From Gemmatimonadota bacterium (lineage in GTDB: Bacteria > Gemmatimonadota > Gemmatimonadetes > Longimicrobiales > Gaopeijiaceae), in NCBI GenBank assembly GCA_039589315.1, contig JBDHHQ010000007.1, forward strand, positions 1 to 64,000: DNA of 64,000 bases. The letters run 5' to 3'. The notes under the pieces were generated by a model, which saw nothing but the letters and a program-made list of their open reading frames with translations, searched no databases and had not been told where the DNA came from. The position numbers and the translations under genes were made by a program. Below, piece by piece: positions 58,867-64,000 of the stretch. Every line of letters starts with the position of its first letter. Within the stretch, counting starts at the first letter, position 1.

Positions 58867-61683
58867 ATGGATCCACGTGCTGTAAGCGGGATCCGGCGTG
58901 TCGGCGCCTTCGTGGCGCTTGCAGCGCTGGTGGCCGTGCCGGACGCCCTGCAGGGGCAGACCGAGTTCCGGCGGGGCCAGATCCCGTCCCCCCCGCCATT
59001 CCATGCAATCCAGAACGCGCGTCTGGTCACGGTCTCGGGTGCCGTGATCGAAGAGGGGACCATCGTCGTCGAAAACGGCGTGATCACGGCTGTGGGCGCC
59101 AACGTCTCCGTTCCGCCGGAGGCGCGGATCATCGATGGCACGGGGCTGACGGTCTACCCCGGTCTCATCGACGCAATGACCACCCTGGGCCATCCGTCCA
59201 GTCCGGCCAGCGTGCGCGGTGGCGGCGCCAACGGGCCCTCCCGAGGTGGCACCGGTGAGGATCGATCCTGGGGTCCGGAAGACCGGCCGGCCACCACACC
59301 CTGGGTCAGCGCGGCCGACGACCTGGACCCCGGGGACGAGCGGATCGAGCGTTGGCGACACGCCGGATTCACCACGGCCATCACTACGCCGGAGCACGGG
59401 TTCTTCCCGGGGCAGGCGGCCGTCATCAACCTGGCGGGATTCCGCGGGCGCGAGATGGTGGTCCACACGCCGGTTGGCATGCGCGTGAACCTGAGGGGCG
59501 GGCCCGGCCATTCCGGGTATCCCACGTCGCTGATGGGGGGCTTCGCGTATCTGCGTCAGACCTTCATGGACGCAGACCACTATGGTCGCACGTGGACGGC
59601 GTACGAGCGGTCGCCTGCCGGGCGCACGCGGCCCGAGTACGACGAGACGCTCGAGCCCATCCGCACCGCCATGGCCGGATCGTGGCCGGTGTTCTTCCCA
59701 GCCGCGTCCGCCACCGAGATCCGCAGGGCGCTTACGTTCGGCGGTGAGCTGGGCCTGAACACCGTCATATACGGAGCAAACGGCGCGTACGATGCGGCCG
59801 ATGATCTCGCAGCGGCCGGTGCGCCGGTTCTGGTCAGCCTGGACTGGCCACGGCCCGCCCGTGACGCCGATCCGGACCGGGAGCCCACGCTGGCGGAGCT
59901 GCGGCTCCGGGAGCGGGCACCCACGGCCCCGTCGGCGTTGGAGGCTGCGGGCGTCCCCTTCGCCTTCTCCACGGACGGCATGCGCGATCCGGCGGACGCG
60001 CTCTCCAACGCGCGCTACGCCGTGAAGGCGGGCCTTTCACCTGAGGGGGCCATCCGCGCCTTCACGCTTTCCGCGGCCGAGATACTCGGTGTGGACGACC
60101 GCACCGGCTCGCTGGACGTGGGCAAGATGGCCAACCTGGTGATCACCGAGGGTGACCTTTTCGATGACAGCGCTACGGTGAAGATGGTGCTGGTCGATGG
60201 GCACGTCTTCGAGAACGGTGACCGCCTGGCCGACCGCGAGGAGGAGTCCAGGCGGATGGCCGGAGAGGCCGGAAGCTTCGGTGGCGCGAGGAGCTCCGGC
60301 GGGCGCGGCAGCCCGGGCGGCTTCGGCCGGGGCAAGGTGGCCATGCCGTCCGAGTTCACGGGCCTCACGCCCATAACGCCTCGGGGCCCCTACCAGACGG
60401 CGGACGCCTGGGTCGTTCGCAACGCGACGATCATGACGGGCACGGGCGAGACCATCGAGAACGGGTCCGTCGTGGTGGTGGACGGGAAGATCACTGCGGT
60501 GGGGACGGACGTAGACACACCCGCCAACGCTCAGGAGATCGACGCCAGCGGTCAGTGGGTCATCCCCGGCATCATCGACGCCCACTCCCATATCGGTGGG
60601 GACGGCGGCATCAACGAGGGCACCATCACGGTGAGCGCCATGGTGGGGATCGAGGACATCATCGATCCCGACGACATCGGCATCTATCGGGCGGTTGCGG
60701 GCGGTGTGACCACGGCCAACATCCTACACGGCAGCGCCAATCCCATCGGGGGCAAGAACGCGGTCCTGAAGATGCGCTGGGGCACGGACGCGGATGGCCT
60801 GCAGGTGGACGGCGCCAAGCCTGGCATCAAGTTCGCACTGGGCGAAAACCCCAGCCGCACCCGGAATCCCCAGCGGTATCCGAACACCCGGCTGGGCGTC
60901 ATGGACGTGATCCGCCAGGCGTTCACCGACGCCGTGGCGTACAAGGCCGAGTGGGATGCCTATGAAGCCGGCGACGACGGTGACGTGCCGCCCCGGCGCG
61001 ACCTGGCGCTGGACGCCCTGGTGGAGATTCTCGAGGGCGAGCGAATGGTGCACGCCCACTCCTACCGGGCCGACGAGATTCTCCAACTGCTCAGGCTGGC
61101 CGAGGACTTCGACTTCCGCATCGCCACGTTCCAGCACGTGCTGGAGGGGTACCGGGTGGCCAAGGAGATCGCCGAGCACGGCGCGGGCGCGTCGACGTTC
61201 AGCGACTGGTGGGCGTACAAGGTGGAGGCGTACGAGGCTATCCCCCACAACGCGGCCATAATGTCCGAGCAGGGCGTGGTGGTGAGCATCAACTCCGACT
61301 CCGGCGAGGAGATGCGCCACCTGAACCAGGAGGCGGCCAAGACCATGAAATGGGGCGGTCTCGACGAGCACGAGGCCCTAGCCCTGGTGACCATCAACCC
61401 GGCCCGTCAGCTCGGCATCGACGACCGGGTGGGCTCCATCGAGGTCGGCAAGGACGCCGATCTGGTGATCTACGACGGTCACCCGTTGAGCATCTTCTCG
61501 AGGGTCGAGAAGACCATGATCGACGGGTCCATCTACTTCGATCGAGAGATGGACGGCGAGCGGCAGGCCCAGCTCGACCACGAGAAGCAGACGTTGATCG
61601 AGAAGTTCGGTCGAGGCCAGGAGAGTCGCGGACGTCCCGTGACCGACCGCGTCATCACCGAAGTCCCCGGAGGTGCACGATGA
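58867..61683 (+). CDS. Two-domain exported amidohydrolase family protein
   Basis: AAGGAG SD; domain 1 PGLIDAMTTLG (no HxH); domain 2 PGIIDAHSH, KFALGENP, HSYRADE, FQH, NSD. Confidence 0.88.
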   Translation: MDPRAVSGIRRVGAFVALAALVAVPDALQGQTEFRRGQIPSPPPFHAIQNARLVTVSGAVIEEGTIVVENGVITAVGANVSVPPEARIIDGTGLTVYPGLIDAMTTLGHPSSPASVRGGGANGPSRGGTGEDRSWGPEDRPATTPWVSAADDLDPGDERIERWRHAGFTTAITTPEHGFFPGQAAVINLAGFRGREMVVHTPVGMRVNLRGGPGHSGYPTSLMGGFAYLRQTFMDADHYGRTWTAYERSPAGRTRPEYDETLEPIRTAMAGSWPVFFPAASATEIRRALTFGGELGLNTVIYGANGAYDAADDLAAAGAPVLVSLDWPRPARDADPDREPTLAELRLRERAPTAPSALEAAGVPFAFSTDGMRDPADALSNARYAVKAGLSPEGAIRAFTLSAAEILGVDDRTGSLDVGKMANLVITEGDLFDDSATVKMVLVDGHVFENGDRLADREEESRRMAGEAGSFGGARSSGGRGSPGGFGRGKVAMPSEFTGLTPITPRGPYQTADAWVVRNATIMTGTGETIENGSVVVVDGKITAVGTDVDTPANAQEIDASGQWVIPGIIDAHSHIGGDGGINEGTITVSAMVGIEDIIDPDDIGIYRAVAGGVTTANILHGSANPIGGKNAVLKMRWGTDADGLQVDGAKPGIKFALGENPSRTRNPQRYPNTRLGVMDVIRQAFTDAVAYKAEWDAYEAGDDGDVPPRRDLALDALVEILEGERMVHAHSYRADEILQLLRLAEDFDFRIATFQHVLEGYRVAKEIAEHGAGASTFSDWWAYKVEAYEAIPHNAAIMSEQGVVVSINSDSGEEMRHLNQEAAKTMKWGGLDEHEALALVTINPARQLGIDDRVGSIEVGKDADLVIYDGHPLSIFSRVEKTMIDGSIYFDREMDGERQAQLDHEKQTLIEKFGRGQESRGRPVTDRVITEVPGGAR

Positions 61684-63005
61684 TCTCGATCACGAGGATG
61701 CTGGGAGCCGCCGCGACGGCGTTGTTGGCCGCCGTCCCGGCGGGAGCCCAGGACGGTGCTTCGTACGCCATCACCGGCGCGGAGGCGCACACGCTGACGG
61801 GCCCATCGATGCCCGGGGCCACGGTGGTGATCGAGAACGGCGTCATCACGGCGGTCGGGACGGATGTCGACGTACCGGCGGAAGCCCAGGTGATCGACGC
61901 GACCGGCATGCACGTCTACCCCGGGCTGTTCGACGCCATGACCACGCTGGGCCTGACCGAGGTCGGCCAGGTGGACGTCACCAACGACTACCGGGAATAC
62001 GGGCCCTGGAATCCCCATCTGGTGGCGGCCACGGCAGTCCATCCTGCCAGTGAGCACATCCCCGTGGCCCGGGCCAACGGAGTGACCCACGCGGTGACCG
62101 CGCCCTCATCGGGCGGCGGCTTCCGCGGGGGCGGGGGCTCCGCCGCGATCCCCGGCCAGGGCACGCTGATCAACCTGGACGGCTGGACCGTCGAGGAGAT
62201 GGAGGCCCAGCATTCCGTGGGCCTCGTGATCAACTGGCCGACCATCCAGACGACGCGTTTCAACTTCCAGACTTTCAACCGCGAGGAGATTCCGTATCGC
62301 GAGGCGAAGGAGGCGTACGACGAGCAGCTGGAGGCGCTGACCGAGTGGATCAAGAGCGCCCGTCACCAGCTCTCGGCGAGCCAGGCCGGCTCGGATCGTA
62401 TTCCGGCGGACCTGAAGCTCGAGGCGCTGGCGAAGGCGATGGCGGGCGAGATTTCGGTCATCATCCGGGTGGACGGCGAGAAGAACATCAGAAACGCCGT
62501 CGAATACGCCGAGGAGCAGGGCTTCGACTTCGTGCTGGCCAGCGCCCGAGGTGCCTGGAAGGTGGCGGACCTGCTGGCGGAGAAGGACATACCCGTGATC
62601 CTCGGGACCACGCAATCGATGCCGACGGGTGACGACGAATCATACGACGAAGCGTATGCCAACCCCGGCAAGCTCCACGCCGCGGGCGTACGGTTCGCCA
62701 TTGCATCGTTCGGCTCTTCGAACGTGCGTACGTTGCCGTACGAAGCCGCTCAGGCGGTTCCATTCGGACTGCCCAGGGACGAAGCGCTTCTGGCCATCAC
62801 GCTTCGTCCGGCGGAGATCCTGGGGATCGACGACCGCTTCGGGACGATCGCGGCCGGGAAGGTGGCCAACTTGATCGTCACGGACGGAGATCCTCTGGAG
62901 ATCCAGACTCGCGTCCAGCACCTGATCATCGACGGCGTGCCGGTCGCGACGGACAACAAGCACGACGACCTGGCCGACAAGTACCGGGGACGCTACGCGA
63001 ACTAG
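61680..63005 (+). CDS. Exported amidohydrolase-fold protein lacking HxH
   Basis: ATGA overlap; signal peptide; PGLFDAMTTLGLTE, ARANGVT, GTIAAGKVANLIV.DGDPL. Confidence 0.85.
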   Translation: MISITRMLGAAATALLAAVPAGAQDGASYAITGAEAHTLTGPSMPGATVVIENGVITAVGTDVDVPAEAQVIDATGMHVYPGLFDAMTTLGLTEVGQVDVTNDYREYGPWNPHLVAATAVHPASEHIPVARANGVTHAVTAPSSGGGFRGGGGSAAIPGQGTLINLDGWTVEEMEAQHSVGLVINWPTIQTTRFNFQTFNREEIPYREAKEAYDEQLEALTEWIKSARHQLSASQAGSDRIPADLKLEALAKAMAGEISVIIRVDGEKNIRNAVEYAEEQGFDFVLASARGAWKVADLLAEKDIPVILGTTQSMPTGDDESYDEAYANPGKLHAAGVRFAIASFGSSNVRTLPYEAAQAVPFGLPRDEALLAITLRPAEILGIDDRFGTIAAGKVANLIVTDGDPLEIQTRVQHLIIDGVPVATDNKHDDLADKYRGRYAN

Positions 63006-63056
63006 CGGAAGGGGAGTTCCCGCCCCTTCCACGGCGAGGCTGCTCGTCAGCCCAGC

Positions 63057-63096
63057 AAAAGGAGCCCCCGGATGCCGCGTCGGCGTCCGGGGGCTC
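63057..63096 (-). terminator. Intrinsic terminator downstream of hinT
   Basis: GAGCCCCCGGACGCCG/CGGCATCCGGGGGCTC stem followed by CTTTT. Confidence 0.75.
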
Positions 63097-63140
63097 GTCC
63101 TTGGTCTCCCGGCCGGGGCGGGCCCCGCCGGCCCCTCGCG

Positions 63141-63488
63141 TCAGGACAGCATCGGCCCCAGCGGCCGCCCGCCCAGCAGATGCAGGTGCAGGTGGAAGAC
63201 CTCCTGGCCGCCGTGAGCCCGGCAGTTCAGGATCAGGCGGTAGCCGTCGTCCGCGATCCCCTCTGCGCGGGCGACCTCGGCGGCCACGCGCACCATGCGG
63301 CCTACGAGCGCGTCGTCGTCCGCCGTCACGTCGTCGGCGGTGGGGATGACCCGGTTGGGCACGACCAGCACGTGGACGGGTGCCAGCGGATTGATGTCAC
63401 GGAACGCGGTGACCATCTCGTCCCGATGGACGATGTCGGCGGGGATCTCACCCCGCACGATCTTCTGGAAGATGGTGTCTTCGGACAC
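63141..63488 (-). CDS. hinT: Histidine triad nucleotide-binding protein
   Basis: [49 protein letters not shown]. Confidence 0.93.
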   Translation of the reverse strand: MSEDTIFQKIVRGEIPADIVHRDEMVTAFRDINPLAPVHVLVVPNRVIPTADDVTADDDALVGRMVRVAAEVARAEGIADDGYRLILNCRAHGGQEVFHLHLHLLGGRPLGPMLS

Positions 63489-63621
63489 GGGCTCGACTCC
63501 TTGACCGGCGTAGTCCTCGGGTGGGACGTCCCGATGGTAGGGTGAGCGCCCGATCCCAGCCAGGGCCGCTGCGCGGAGACCGGGCCGTCCCTGGTCCGTC
63601 GAGCGGAAACCGCTTCGGTGC

Positions 63622-63999
63622 CTAGCGCTGCCGGACCTCGTCCTCGGCGGCCGCCTCCAGCCGACGGTCCAGAACCTCCCGGATGAAGTCGAGGGGCAGC
63701 GCGCCCATCATGGGAAAGCCGTCCACGAGAAACGTGGGTGTGCCCCGTGCACCGGCGAGGAACCCGAACCGCGTGCCCTGGCTCACCGTCTCGTCTCCAC
63801 GGCCCGCGGCCAGGCAGCGCTCCACCTGCTCCACGTCCGCTCCTACCTCAACCGCATACGCCAGCAGGAGCGCCTGCACGTCGTCCGACCGCTTCCACTC
63901 TTGCTGAGCTTCGAAGAGCCGGTCCCGGATCTGATCGAACAAGCCCTGCTCGCCGACGCACTCCGCCAAGACCGAGGCCTCCTTCGAGTTCGGGAACAT
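63622..63999 (-). CDS. DsbA/thioredoxin-fold protein, 5' part outside the window
   Basis: [27 protein letters not shown]. Confidence 0.8.
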   Translation of the reverse strand: MFPNSKEASVLAECVGEQGLFDQIRDRLFEAQQEWKRSDDVQALLLAYAVEVGADVEQVERCLAAGRGDETVSQGTRFGFLAGARGTPTFLVDGFPMMGALPLDFIREVLDRRLEAAAEDEVRQR

Positions 64000-64000
64000 G

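Overview
High-GC bacterial chromosomal segment with about 50 protein-coding genes. The gene content (ADOP-type permeases with PadR, many exported S9/M14/M1/M19 peptidases and amidohydrolases, a BNR/VPS10 protein, sahR-ahcY) suggests Gemmatimonadota or a similar lineage; this is inference. I found no rRNA, tRNA, CRISPR array, IS, integrase or prophage. Recognisable loci: sahR-ahcY with a sigma70 promoter and a 20-bp operator, a cold-shock gene, PadR-ADOP, DUF1326-DUF2182-MATE, a DUF3311-sodium:solute symporter pair flanked by amidohydrolases, two tandem AI-2E transporters, an ATP-dependent DNA ligase, a GGDEF protein, hinT and a partial DsbA. I cannot demonstrate one large, new multi-gene system. 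The best leads are: (1) eukaryote-like sphingolipid-modifying genes, namely an intact FA2H/Scs7-like hydroxylase and a C-terminal relic of a DEGS/DES1-like desaturase, plus a TMTC-like GT-C/TPR glycosyltransferase; (2) a terminator hairpin flanked by two ATTGG (Y-box) repeats in the csp leader, a possible attenuator; (3) two small genes the ORF track does not call as such, one apparently starting at ATC behind a strong Shine-Dalgarno (SD) and one 51-aa CPxCG zinc-finger protein; (4) at least six gene relics (cls, DEGS-like, Omp85-like, AbrB-like, frameshifted TfoX, internally shortened PGDYG-like), which point to deletion-driven erosion. All family calls come from motif recognition by eye, not database searches. 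Several starts were re-picked using SD or signal-peptide logic.
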